This document shows positions 1 to 13,095 of a stretch of 64,000 bases of DNA, piece after piece. Location of the stretch: NCBI RefSeq assembly GCF_009914755.1, contig NC_060932.1; one strand, given 5' to 3'. This DNA comes from the human T2T-CHM13v2.0 reference genome, Homo sapiens. The position numbers and the translations under genes are program-made. Positions within the stretch are counted from its first letter, which is position 1. Every line of letters begins with the position of its first letter. A model generated the notes under the pieces. That model was not told the origin of the DNA, ran no database searches, and worked only from the letters and a program-made list of their open reading frames with translations.

Positions 1-850
1 AGCAAGCAATGTAATTCTGACATTCTGGAGAGTTTAAAAGAACAAAAGTTTATAATACAATTGTTTCTTGTTAAGATGTTTGCTTAAAAAAAATACTATG
101 TGATTGCTAAAAAAATAAAATAAAGTACATTTGAAGAAAAAATGGTTTGGAAATCCAACTCTGATGAGTATTAGGCTATGACATTGGATAATTCCTCTAA
201 ATATACTGATTTCCTTTTAGTAGAATATAGATAATTTTTACTTATATCAGTTACAGCAATGAAACATAATATTCATATATACGCATATAAATTATGTGAA
301 AATATCAACCTGTTATAAATGATTATTAAACGTAAGTGAATTTAAAAGACCAAATTCCCATGTCTCTTTAATGTTAATACAATGATGTTATTTTCTATTT
401 GACAGTAAGCCTCAATAACCTTTAAAGGCAGCTTTGACCATGGTAAAATAACTCCATTATTACCTACAAAATATGTTTGACATGTTGTGAAGTCACTCAT
501 AACTTATGACACTCATGTGACTCTATGAAATAAAAGAGGAAGCTTTCATTGTGATTTTGTTGAGGAGCAAAACAAATTTGGACCACGTTTTCATTTTGAT
601 ATAAGTTTAAATTAATATATAATTTCCCACTTGAGAAATACTGTTATAAACTTATAGAAGGGATTGTGGGTAATATGAACATTATTGGAATACAAATGTT
701 GGTATATTGCTTACTTTCCCTGCCTCATTTCTTTCCCCAGGCCTCAGTAAGAATGTAGCTATTTGGTATTCATAAGAAATTCATAGGGAAATAAGTTTTG
801 AACCATTTAAAAAGATTCTATAAGAAACTACCTTTAAAGGTACTATTTTA

Positions 851-3620
851 TTTTTTAAATTGATAGGTGAAATTGTATGTATTTATCGTGTACAACATGA
901 AGTTTTGAAGTATATACACATTATACAATTAATAAATCTAGCAAATTAACATGTCTATTACCTCACATAGTTAACATTTTGTGATGAGAATTGTTACCAT
1001 TCACTTCTTAGCATTTTTCAAGATTGCAATATATGGTTATTAACTATAGTCACCATGATATATAATAGACTTCTTGAACTTATTTCTCCTATTTAACTGA
1101 TATTTTGTATCCTTTGACCAACATCTCTTTCAAGTACCCCAGCTCCTAGTAACCACTATTCTGCTTTCTGTTCAAGGAGATTAACGTTTTTACTTTTTTA
1201 GATTACATCTATGAATGACATCATGCAGTGTTTTGTCTTTCTGAGCCTAGCTTTTTTCACTTAACGTCCTCCAGATTCATCCAGGTTGTGGGATATTAAA
1301 AGATTTTCTTTCTTTCTATGGCTGAATAGTATTGCATTGTGTATACATACCACATTGTCTTTTCTTTGTCCATTTATCTGTTGAGAGACACTTAGGTTGT
1401 TTCTATCTCTTGACTATTGTGAATAATGCTGAAATACACAAGCGAATGCAGATATCGCTTTGATATACTGATTTTATTTCTTTTGAGTATCATCTAGTAG
1501 TGGAATTGCTGGATCATATGATAGTTCTGTTTTATTTTTGAGGAGCTCTCATGCTGTTTCTCATAATGTCTGTACTAATTTATATTCCCACCAACAACAA
1601 TGGGCAAGGGTTCCCTTTTTTACACATCCTCGACAACACTTGCTATATTTTGTCTATTTGATAATAACCATTTTAACATGTGTGAGGTGAAATCTCACTT
1701 TGGTTTTAATTTGCATTTTCTGATGATTAGTGATGTTGAGCACTTTTTCATATACCTGTTGGCCATTTGTATGTTATTTTTAAGGAAATGTTTATGCAAG
1801 TCCTTTGCCAGTTTTTCAATCTGTTTGTTTTCTTGCTTTTCAGTTGCTTGAGTTTCTTATATATTTTGGATATTAATCTCTGATCAGATGTATAATTTGC
1901 AAATATTTTCTCTCAGTCTGTAGGTTGTCTCTTCACTTTGTTGACTATTTTCTTTACTGTGCAAAAGCTTTTAGTTTGATAAAATCTCATTTGTCTATTT
2001 TTCTTTTGTTGCCTGTGATTTTGGGGTTGTAGCCAAAAAATTATTGCCCAGATCAATGAAGTTTTTTTCCCTATATTTTCTTCTAGTAGCATCATAGTTT
2101 TGGGTCTATGAAAGTATTAATCTATTACTATGAAGTATTTAATCAATTTTGAGTTGATTTTTGCATATGGTGTGAGATAAAGGTCTAATTTTATTCTTCT
2201 GCATGGTAATATCTAGTTTTCCCAACACCATTTATTGAATAGACTGTCCTTTTCCCATTGTGTGTTCTTGGCATCTTTGTTGAAAATCAGTTGACTATAA
2301 ATGTGTGAATTTACTTCTGCACTCCTTTTTCTGTTCCATTGGTCTATGTGTCTGTTTTAATGCTGGTACCATGCTGTTTTGGTTACCATAGATTTGTAAG
2401 ATATTTTGAAGTCAGGAAATGTGATGCCTCCAGCTTTGTCCTTTTTGCTCCACATTGCTTTGGCTATTCAAAAAATTTTTTGGTAGTTCTGTGTGAATTT
2501 TAGGATTGTTTTTCCTACTCCTGTGAAGAATATCATTGGTCTTTTGGTAAGGATTACATTGATTTGCAGATTGCTTTGGGTAGTATGAATAACAATATTA
2601 ATTTTATTAGTAATATATTAATATGGATTGTAATAATAATATTCATTAATATAGATATTAATATGGTTATTAATAATATCTATACACATGGGAGATTTCT
2701 CCATTTATTTGAATCTTATTCAATTTCTTAATCTTTTATAGATTTCAGTGTAGAGATATTTCATCTCCTTGGTTAAATTTATTCCAAAGTATTTTATTTA
2801 TTGTCGTACTACAAATGGGACTGTTTTATTTCTTTTTTAGATAGTTTGCTCTTTGATATGGTTAGGCTTTGTGTCCCCACTCAAATCTCATCTTGAATTA
2901 TAATCCCCATAATCCCCACATGTCAAGGCAGAGACCAGGTGGAGGTAACTGACTCATGGGGGTGGTTTCCCAATACTGTTCTCATGATAGCGAGTAACTT
3001 CTCACTACATCTGATGGTTTTATAAAGGGCTCTTCCCCCTTTTCCTGGCAGCACTTCTCCTATCTACTGCCTTGTGAAGAAGATGCCTTGCTTCCCCTTC
3101 ACCTTCTGCCATGATTGTAAGTTTCCTGAGGCCTCCCCAGTCATGCTGAACTGTGAGTCAATTAAACCTCTTTCCTTTATAAATTACCCAGTCTCGGGTA
3201 TTTCCTTACAGTAATGTGAGAACAAACTAATACACTCTTAGTGATTATATGACTAATATCACTGATATCAGAAATGATAGTGATTTTCATATGTTGATTT
3301 TGTACCCTACAACTTTACTGAAATTATTTTTAGTTCTAACGGGATTTTTTTTTTTTTTGGTGACATCTTTAGGGTTTCCTATGTATAAGATCATGTCATC
3401 TGAAAATGTTCAATGTAACTTTTTCCTTTCTAATTGTAATGCTTTTCTTTCTCTTGCCCAATTGCTCTGGCTAGAACTTCCAGTACTATGTTGGATTAAA
3501 GGGCAAAACTGAGCACCCTTTTCTTGTTTCAGTTTTTACAGGAAAAGCTTTCAACTTTTTTCTGTTGAGTATGATGTTAGCTATAGATTTGTTAAATATG
3601 ACCTTTCTGTGTCCAGGTAC
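851..3620 (-). mobile_element. Old L1 (L1MA-type) 3' end and ORF2 tail, split by a THE1 LTR
   Basis: T-rich start followed by typical antisense L1 3'UTR/ORF2 text (ttcatccaggttgt, gctgaatagtattgcattgtgtata, cccaacaccatttattgaatagactgtcc). ORFs 1600-1851 and 1913-2095 are degraded L1 readings. Confidence 0.9.
2854..3234 (+). mobile_element. THE1-family (THE1C/D-like) MaLR solo LTR
   Basis: Starts TGATATGGTTAGGCTTTGTGTCCCCAC and ends AACTAATACA. A perfect 5-bp TSD CTCTT lies at 2849-2853 and 3235-3239. Confidence 0.93.
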
Positions 3621-4344
3621 ATTTAAACCATGTAATATACTTCCTTAAACCTTGACATCTAGTTATAGCAAACCTTCCTCATTTATCCTCTTTCTTTTTA
3701 AATATAATTCAGTATTTTTTAACTTAGACATAAAAAAAGCCTTAAGAAAGTAATGGATCCGCTTTTTAGCTGTTGATTATAATTACACCACTGTAAATGC
3801 TATGCAATGCTCTGAATCCATCTGGGTCTGTGTGCATTTCTAGAACAGTGAGGCATCCATCAAAACAGCCTTTTCCTTTGTGTGTTTCTATGGGTTGAGA
3901 ACATTTAATAAACCCAGTCTCTGTCAACAAGCAGCAACAATTTGAAATTATAGTTTACTCACATAAACAAAAAGCTAATGCAAGAGGACATTGAGGTTTC
4001 CAAATAGGTATTCTTAGAGTAGTTTATCTTTTATAAAATTGACTAAAAGTAATCTAATTCTGTCATTTTTTCTAAATTTATTAGATACCATTGAGTTATA
4101 AAGCTATTACCTGGCAAGGGAATTTTGTCTCAGACTAAAATATTGTCAAAGTAATACCAAGTTGAAATAGGATTTACATTGAAATTATCCATATGGAGGC
4201 TACAAGGTTGGTTTCTAAAGAAATGATTAACAACATACCCTATCGCTTTAGAAATAGACTTAAGAATATACCCTTGTTCCCAACATTTGCAGATGTAATA
4301 TTCGACACCACCTTTATATGTATAAACTTTAATAAATGTCTGTG

Positions 4345-5380
4345 ATTTATTTCACTCATTCACTTATTTATTAAGTCGTAATTGAAAGTCTTTTTACCAG
4401 TGCAATGCTGCTAAGAACATAAAAGTACGACGATACAATTCGGGCCCTCACGGGAGTTGTGGAACATTTGTAAAGACAAATTTTTTAAAGACTGGTATAA
4501 GAAAGGGAAATACTGCTATGGTAAATATAAAGTCTTCTTCCTTTCAGCCAACAATTTAAAATAAATTTTAGGTCAATATAAAGGGGACTTTCTCTGAAGG
4601 GTCAGGGAAATCTTCTTACGGAAGGTGGTACATGAACTATGCCTTAAAGATAACTGATGAAAGGGAGAGGGCAAAGTCCTTATTTGGATAAGAAATTCCA
4701 CCTCCTCTACAAGTACTTTAATTTCAGGGAATTAGCACAATAAAGGTTTATATCTTGCCCACTTCACCTCATACACTCCACTTCACCCACAGGTGAGCTG
4801 GAGAGGGTGGGACTATGGTTTGGCTTTATGCAGTAACCCAGATGTGGGGCACCTTCCTGCCACTGACTTGCCCCTGGAGTTCTCAGCCTGTTCTTCTGGA
4901 TCTTGCCTATTGATAAGTGGTTTTAGAGACTGGATCTGGAAGCCGCAGCACTCACGTCTGTTCACATAAAATGCTCCAAACTTCATCCTGTGGCATGTCT
5001 AGAAATAGAAGCCTAGGAATTGTAGTTTGGTATTAGGCCAAGGAAAAGTAGGGGTATGAGTTATTGATAAGTAGAGACAGTGCCTCCAGAGTGGATAAGG
5101 GGGATTCAAGGAGAGGGAACAGGACTTCTAAAATACAGAGAGGAGAGCAGTGCATGTTGAAAAGGAGTGAGGAAGGGGTGCAGGGAGCCCAGACTCAGAA
5201 CACCAACCATATTTATGTTGGCTTTGTTGGTAAGCTTAGATTTTATTATGCAGCACTGAGAGCCTACTATCAAATTTTAAATGGAGGAATATGAGATGAT
5301 ATTTGCATTTATTGAAGGGAAATCTGATGATTACATGGAGGGTGGATTGGAAAAGAATAAAAGGAAGTGGCTTGTGATAG
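4345..5380 (-). mobile_element. Degraded L2 fragments with an intervening MLT1-like LTR piece (~4715-5070)
   Basis: L2 3'-tail motif ttcactcattcacttatttatt, followed by purine-rich L2-like sequence. The middle portion resembles MLT1. Confidence 0.5.
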
Positions 5381-6779
5381 GCATAGAGAAATATAAATAA
5401 GGAATATGGAATTCTTGCCTCATTGGGTCTCAATGTATATGGAAGACTTGCACTTGTACAGAACTGTGAGTTTTCAAAGCATGACTTCACTGATCACTTT
5501 TTATCTTCATGGCAAGAATGTGAGATGAAAAGGGTGTATGTTCTTCTTTTCACTGAGGAATAGGTTCAGTTTAAGTGGAAGTGATAATATTTTGCCTTAA
5601 ACAACTCATCTAAGAGAGGACAGAAAAGATATTAAACCCAAGCCTTCTTCCTTATAGCCACCAACTTAAAACACATTTTAGAAAAGAAATCTTTCAGGAA
5701 TCTGACAGCCATTTCATGCTAAGCACAGTCATATCACGTCTGTGCCCCACTAACCTTTGAGGTTTTGGGGAGAAAGTCTGGGAGTCCATCTAAGGGCCCA
5801 TAAAGCTAATTATTTCTGAGAAAATCAAAGCCTTCTCTAGAACAGCTCAGTGGCATTTTTGTGAGAATTTTCAAATTCTTAATTTTCCATCAGTGTTATC
5901 ACTTATCAAACAGTGAAACCCAAATTGTCCTTGGGCATGTTGGTCACAAATAAAACATAAAATAAACATAACAGCCACAGTCAGATGCATGTTAATAAAT
6001 TTTAGATTTTATTGGCCAGAGAAGTAAAATCGTAGATAGATTTAATCAAGTTAACAACATCAAAAAATGCATATCTGAGCCTACTAGAAAAGCATAAGAA
6101 TATTTTGTTTTCTGTGTTCTTCAAGGCATCTGGACAACAGGATTGTGATAGTTCTATGTGCTTTTAAGTAAACCTCCCTAATTCTTGAGGAGGAGAAAAA
6201 GGTGAAATTCCTTGGAGCATATAGGGTACAAACATTGGGAATTTTTGCCAATAATTGTTCTTCTGAGACAAACACAGACAAAATGGTGAATATAAAAACA
6301 CTGAAAGTGCTTTCTTTAAACAGAAGACTGAGACAAGAAGATAGATACCACCACTATTTATTAATGGACTAGAAAAATTGATTAATGCAATTTGAAAAGG
6401 AAAATAGATGAAGGATAGGTAAAAATAATTAGTAAAACTATCACATTTTGAGGGTGATATAATAATATCACTTTAAAACTCGAGAACAAACTAGAAAGCC
6501 ATTTAAAACAATACAAATATTCAGTAAGATAGTAGAGTATAAAATTAGTTCTGAGAAATCTATAGCCTTCACATGTACACGCTGTAGTAGAAACAATAGA
6601 GATTAGAGAAAACACTTCACTTATAATAGTAAAAAAAAAAAAAAAGATTTAAACAACCCAATGGAAATAATAAATGTTTAAAGAGACCATGGGGGAAACT
6701 AGAAAACAGTACGCACGAACACAAAAGAAATCCCGAAGGTATGGGTAGACTTAGCTAAGAATAAATGCCTGAAAGAGTC

Positions 6780-7500
6780 CTGTGTTCTTTGTGGCAATCA
6801 TGAGAGTATACACTCAAACTTTCCTTGCAGAAAGATTGTGCCAGTCACCTTCGGGAAGCAGTAAGCTAATATCCTCTAGCTCAGCAAGCTCGGGATCCAC
6901 TACAGTGTTGGAGCTATCCCACACTCTTCCCAGGCAGTCCACAGATAATGACTGAAGAAGGTGGCAGTGACTGAATTATCTACTACCATGTCATAAATTA
7001 TCCCCACATGCAGCAGGTCGAAAGAAGAATGAATTATTTTTCCTGTGTGTGTATGAAATTTGAGTGTGGCTTACCTCGGTCGTCTGATTCAGAGTCTCTT
7101 CAGGCTGCCGTCAACATGTTGCTCTCGCTGCTATCATCGGGTGGTTGATGAGTCTGGAGGTTCTGCTGCCAGAATGCCTCACCCACTTTGCTGTTGGAAG
7201 AAGCTCCAGATCCTGGCAACCTGGAGCTCCGTCGGGACTGCTTGAGTGTTTCACAACATGGCAGCTGGCTTTTCCCTCTGTAGGTCACCTCTGCTCCATA
7301 AGCTCCCATTAGGCAGGCTAAGACGCTCGCAGTTGCACCGCAGGCTGAGGCTCTTCTACTCAATTCTCTTTCCATCTCTACTATGGGCTGAAGCTCTCGC
7401 TGCCCCCGCTTGCCCAGTCTTTCACAGTCAGAAGTCTCCAAACATTGTCACACATTCTTACTTTATCTTGGATTCTGCTTCCTAGAGGACTAAACACACT
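6780..7500. mobile_element. ERVL LTR16/LTR33-like LTR containing a nested MLT1F/G-like fragment (~6970-7280)
   Basis: The end ttggattctgcttcctagaggactaaac is LTR16/33-like. The inner segment matches the MLT1 motif ctgcttgagtgtttcacaacatggcagctggctt. Confidence 0.55.
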
Positions 7501-8703
7501 CAATAATTTAATTTATAAAAGCCCCATGATCACAATAAAAATCATACATGTTTCCTTTGAAATTCATATATATGTGAAATAAAAAACAGTAATATGAATA
7601 AAAATTTGAAATTTATATACATTTATATTTACATACAAGGGTTGTTGGATTTATATAAATACAGAATATAATAATCAGGGAAAGTCTGTTTAAGAACTAC
7701 AGCAGAAAACCATTCTGAACAGGTCATAAGGCATATTATATTATAATGCTTCAAAACAATTAAAACTAGAAATAATAAGATAAAAAAACAAAACATAAAA
7801 TCTAGAAATATTTTGAAATCAATATGGAGTTTTAATATATGACAAATGTAACTTCTAAAGTTGAAGTGGGAATGTTAAAAGTTTAAATGTTTAAAATGTT
7901 AAAAGTTTTTTAACAATTGGGTTTGAACAACTGAAGAGTTACATTGATGAAACTTAGCAGGATACACCAGTAAAATTTCAAATAGATAAAAATTTCACCG
8001 TAAAATATGAAGTCATATAAGCATGAAAATAAAACAAGATTAATTCCCTTATAAACCTGAGGTAAAGAAGATCTTTCTTAAACTAATTCAAAATACAGAA
8101 GTTGTTAAATTGATACATTTAATTCTTTTGATATAAAAACAGTAAATACAAATGAAAAAAAAAATCACCGTAAATAATGTCAGATGAAAAGAGAAAAAAC
8201 TGATACAAAATATTTTCAACTTCAGGATGACCTGAAGTTCAACAACTGAGTTTATCACCTTGATTTCTAAGAACTGGAAAACAATTTTAAAAATCCAAAG
8301 CAGGATAAAAACAAACATCTATATACACACTTACGCACAAATTACAAATTGCCAGTACACACACGAATCTATATTCACCTTTCTCTAGAAGAGAGAAAAG
8401 CAACTTAAAAATACACTGAGATACCCTTTCTCCATTATCAGATTTTTGGTGGCAACACTGAAGAAGCAAGAACTTTGCCACCTAGTTGGTTAGAATGCAA
8501 AACGGTGTAAGCCCATGGAGGGCAGGTTTACAATACCTGTCAAAAATTTATTTTTCATTTGTCCCCACAATCCCATTTCTGTTGCCTTATCCTACATAGT
8601 CACCTGTGTGTGTATGTGTACAGGTGTGTTCATTGTAGCATTGCTCATAATCACAAAATATTACCATCCACCCAAATGTCCCTCTACACTCAGTCAATTC
8701 TTA

Positions 8704-9106
<403 letters not shown>

Positions 9107-11155
9107 TTACAAGATACGTCAAGTGAAAGCAGCAAGGTTTAGTACAGTATATATAAATTACTACCTTTGGGGTAAAAATGAAGGGTGATAAGAACATGTA
9201 CTCATATTTGCTTATGTTTTTATGAAAGGACAATGCAAGAACACACACAGAGAAACAAATAAACATGGGGACTTTCACAGGAGAGGAAAGACACTGCATT
9301 GCTAGGGAGAAAAGCAGAAACAGACTATTGATTCTGCCTGTACCTTCCTTACATCGTTTTGGGTCCTTAATCATATAAATGCACTCTTCCTCTAAACAAG
9401 CAAGCTAAGTGCAAGAGGGAATTGTTCCTCTTCATCCTGCTTTCAGATCATATCCATATATCTACACACCCATTACACAGATACTTATCATGCTCTTAGC
9501 TCCCTACACAGTGCAAGATGCCATAGAATATATCTATGATGAAGACATGCACAGGTGTTATGAAATATCTCTGTTTTGTAAAACTAATGGCGTTTGCCAG
9601 TTCTGATACTTGACTTTGATTTACAGCATGCTGAATATTGATATGGGTCTTTAGGCCTTTGCTAGGAGTCTCATCAGACCAAAGGAAGGCAACAAGAGGA
9701 ATATATGCACCAATCCTGCTTCTATGGTACATTACACTTAGCAACACAAAACTGGAACTTTTCTAAACATGAGAGAGGGAAACCATTCAACAGTGCACCA
9801 TCAAAGGAGCTAAGGGCACGTGGGTGAAGGAGGGATGTGAAAAGGTGCACAGAGGATGTGATGTCAGAAGGGAGCGTGTCCTTAAAGGGATAGATGCCAT
9901 TAAACCAGGAAGAAAGGTTACCGGGTGTGTTCTGGGCAGAGACCTGTGTACATAAACATACCCAGGCTTCAAAATTTACCTTAGTTAATGGAGCTCTACA
10001 AGATTTTACTGGTTTTAAGCCTGAAAAACATAAAGAGAGGTGATGCCCATTTCTAATGAAGACATTTGCCCAATGAGGTGAAGAAGTTTAGAATTACAGG
10101 AACTGGGAAATTGAATGAAAATATTAACCAGGGAAAGAATAGAATTGTATTGGAGTTTTAGAAAGAGATATTGGAAAAGAAAAAAAAAAATAACTCAGAC
10201 TAAGGAAGGAAATTTAGTAAAAGTTTACCAGCACTCAAATATACGTAGCTTCAAAAATAGGAAACTGAGTGAGCTATTTCTGTGTTCTAAGACAGGAAAA
10301 CCAGAATGTATAAATGCAGCATTGTCAGCTGGCATTCTTCCAGGAGGCCTTGCTGAGGCTTTGGTCAATCCACAGCGACTGAGTCCTTCATTGACCTTCC
10401 CCTGTGCTACCTCGTGGCCATCCTCTAAAAGTCACTTCATTGTCTTCCAACTGCATCTCCCCGGCCTTAATCAGGAGCAAGGCAGCAATTTTAAGAAAAT
10501 AGAAAACGCTTTCATGTCTAACTTCATGCCTGTGTGAACTTCTTAGAATGCTTTTAGTGGAGAATTCCATTTGACTGAAAGAGAAAAGATGAGAGGCTAT
10601 GAAATGCGGGGTTAGGATAAGTAAATTGAAGCTATTATATTTCCTATTCCCTTAGTATCATCTTAGCATTAATAGATCCTTGACCTTGAAAATTGGGGGT
10701 CTTGTTACTTTTTTTATGCTCATTACTATTGTTGATGCTTCTCCATCAGTCAAATTTATTTGGGAAGGAAACTTGAAAAAGCTTTCTAATCAGCTTTCAC
10801 AGCAATGTTTTTATATATGTTAATTCATTTTTTCCGTGTCCTTTGTTGCTAAGATTTGTATTTTTGGTTTAAAGTGGAAAATCACCATGCATTGCAGAGC
10901 TACTTTTCCTCAATACCAACACTTACCAGCTGTGGTCTAGCATTTTTTTAAAAAACTATTTTCCAGTCTGGCTTATCTACATTTTCTGGAGCCAAATATT
11001 TACAGTTTCTCATTGGCATACATATCTTAAAATTTATTTTGTATCTTATCTGTTGACTACTGGATAATATTTTAAAACTTATTTTGTTGTTTTCTAACTG
11101 TAAATGTAATTTTAAAAACTAGAGATTCGGAAAATAGTGATTTAGAAATATAATG

Positions 11156-11228
11156 ATGGAAGAAAGAAGGAAAGGAAAGAGGAGATGGAAAGAAGGAGGA
11201 AGGGAGAAAAGAAAAAAGAAAAAAAAAG
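11156..11228 (+). repeat. Polypurine GA-rich low-complexity tract
   Basis: About 70 nt of almost only A and G. Confidence 0.8.
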
Positions 11229-11927
11229 TGCTAACTGAAGAACGATGGGATTCATTAATTTGGAAAGGAGGCTTTTATTTGTCATAAAGGGTTGCATCCT
11301 TCAGAGTGGCCATTCTGACAGTCTGGGAAGCACAGCCTCTGGCCAGAAGCCAGAAACAGACATTTTGAAGGAGGGGCAAAAAGAACAGGGATTTATGCTG
11401 AGCAGGGTGGCCAAATATACATCTTTAGTAAGCTATAGGAACAGTCATGAATATTTACAACAGGAGAAACATGCATGTGTGCAATTGAGCTTCATGCACT
11501 TTAATGAGACCCATGTTTTAAAAAGCCAGTGTTAGCATCAGCATAATCCAAGGATGGAGTTTTCGGTCCTCTGACTTCAACAGATGAAGCAGATGACACA
11601 AAAACCCTTAATGCACATTCTTCATAGACTGGCCAGAACCAATCCATGGTCCATGGCATTTTATCAGGTCAAAAAGGAGAAGAAGCATCAGGCCCTTGGT
11701 TGATAATTATATCAGTGGTAGAGTCTTTTGGAAGGGCTGGTTTCCATTAAGCCCTCAGGGAAGGAAGGCCAATCATGGTTAAACAGGGAGGAGCTATACA
11801 GAGGTGTGTCTGATCCCCCATCCTGTCCTGGCTGAGGACTCAGTTTTAAGGTTATGCTGCTGTCCACTTGGCCAAGACTGGTCTGTTCGGTCAGTTGAAG
11901 TGCTTAGAATTTTATTTTTAGGTTACA
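11229..11927. mobile_element. ERV1 (MER4-group-like) solo LTR, ~700 bp
   Basis: TG...CA termini with a 4-bp TSD AAAG (11225-11228 and 11928-11931). Internal motifs ggagaaacatgcatgtgtgcaattgagcttcatgc and ggtcagttgaagtgcttagaattttattttta resemble MER4-group LTRs. Confidence 0.8.
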
Positions 11928-13065
11928 AAAGGAAGAAAATAAGGAAGAAAAAGAAATAATTAACCTTACTCTCACAGGGATGAAATTACTAGTAACATAT
12001 TAGTGGACATGCTCACAACATTTGTGAGGCTGTTACCTTAGGTGCACATGGAAGCCCATATAACATATATTTAAATATCTAAGTCATACATCAAACAAAC
12101 CTACTGACAATAAATGTATATATGCTTTTCTTTCTACCTTAAAAAATATATCTAAACAATGACCACAAGTTCAAGTTCAAATATTGAAATGCCAGGTCCT
12201 AGAAGTTTCTCACCTCAGCATAGCAGCATGGAGGGGGCCTTGACCTCCTCTGGTCTCAGCACTGACCTATTCCACAAGGGGCCCCATGGAAGCCTTTGCC
12301 CATTCCACTTAATCCAGCCAGCAAATTCAAGTCCTGATCAGAGCTTCCAAAATAGCTACGTCTAGGTCACTTTCTAGTGATGTGATTCACACTTGAAAAG
12401 ACAAATTTGGGAAAGAGGCTAGAACCCCTGAAGCAGGAACTTCTGGAGTCCTGGGTAACTAAGGCATTATAAAGAAGGGAGGATAAGGGGGGCTCCAGGT
12501 AGGTACATCTCCTTGGCCTCACAGACACTTATGGGTACAGAGGTAAGGTTTGAAGAAAGCCCAGGATGGGGTTTCTTTTCCAAGAGTCTGATGCCTGCTA
12601 GTATTGCATGCTGGTATACTGTTTCAGGTTTTCTAAGCATACTTTATTACATACTTTTGAGCATATTACGTGTACAACCTGCATGTTGCTTTATTCAAAA
12701 TCATTTCTGATAGCATTACCTATTACGGTAAGCATTTATATGGCTGCAAGGATGCAAAGACAACCCTGATGTGTAATAATTTAATTCCCCCAAATCATCT
12801 TGTAGAAGACTTCAATTATACACATAATTTTTTTCTGGTATACATAGTGCCAATAAAGTATATATAGGATGCAAACTTTTTCCCCCATTAAAAATATGTA
12901 TTTAACAGATTTCTAGTCATTAACTTCAAGAATGTGTGGAAAGTAGAAAAGTTGAAATTGTGAAGATTTTGACAATTCTGTCAAGAAGCATGGCTACGAG
13001 GGAGCAGGAAAGTACTTGGTGTTATTAGGAGAGAAACTTGGGGTAGAAGTAGGCATTTGGGGTAT

Positions 13066-13095
13066 ATGTGTGTGTGTGTGAGAGAGAGAGAGAGA
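13066..13095 (+). repeat. (TG)n(AG)n compound microsatellite
   Basis: Read directly from the sequence. Confidence 0.9.

Noticed and set aside
2590-2685. AT-rich quasi-repetitive insert in the L1MA
   Set aside because: Low-complexity slippage product with no consistent unit.
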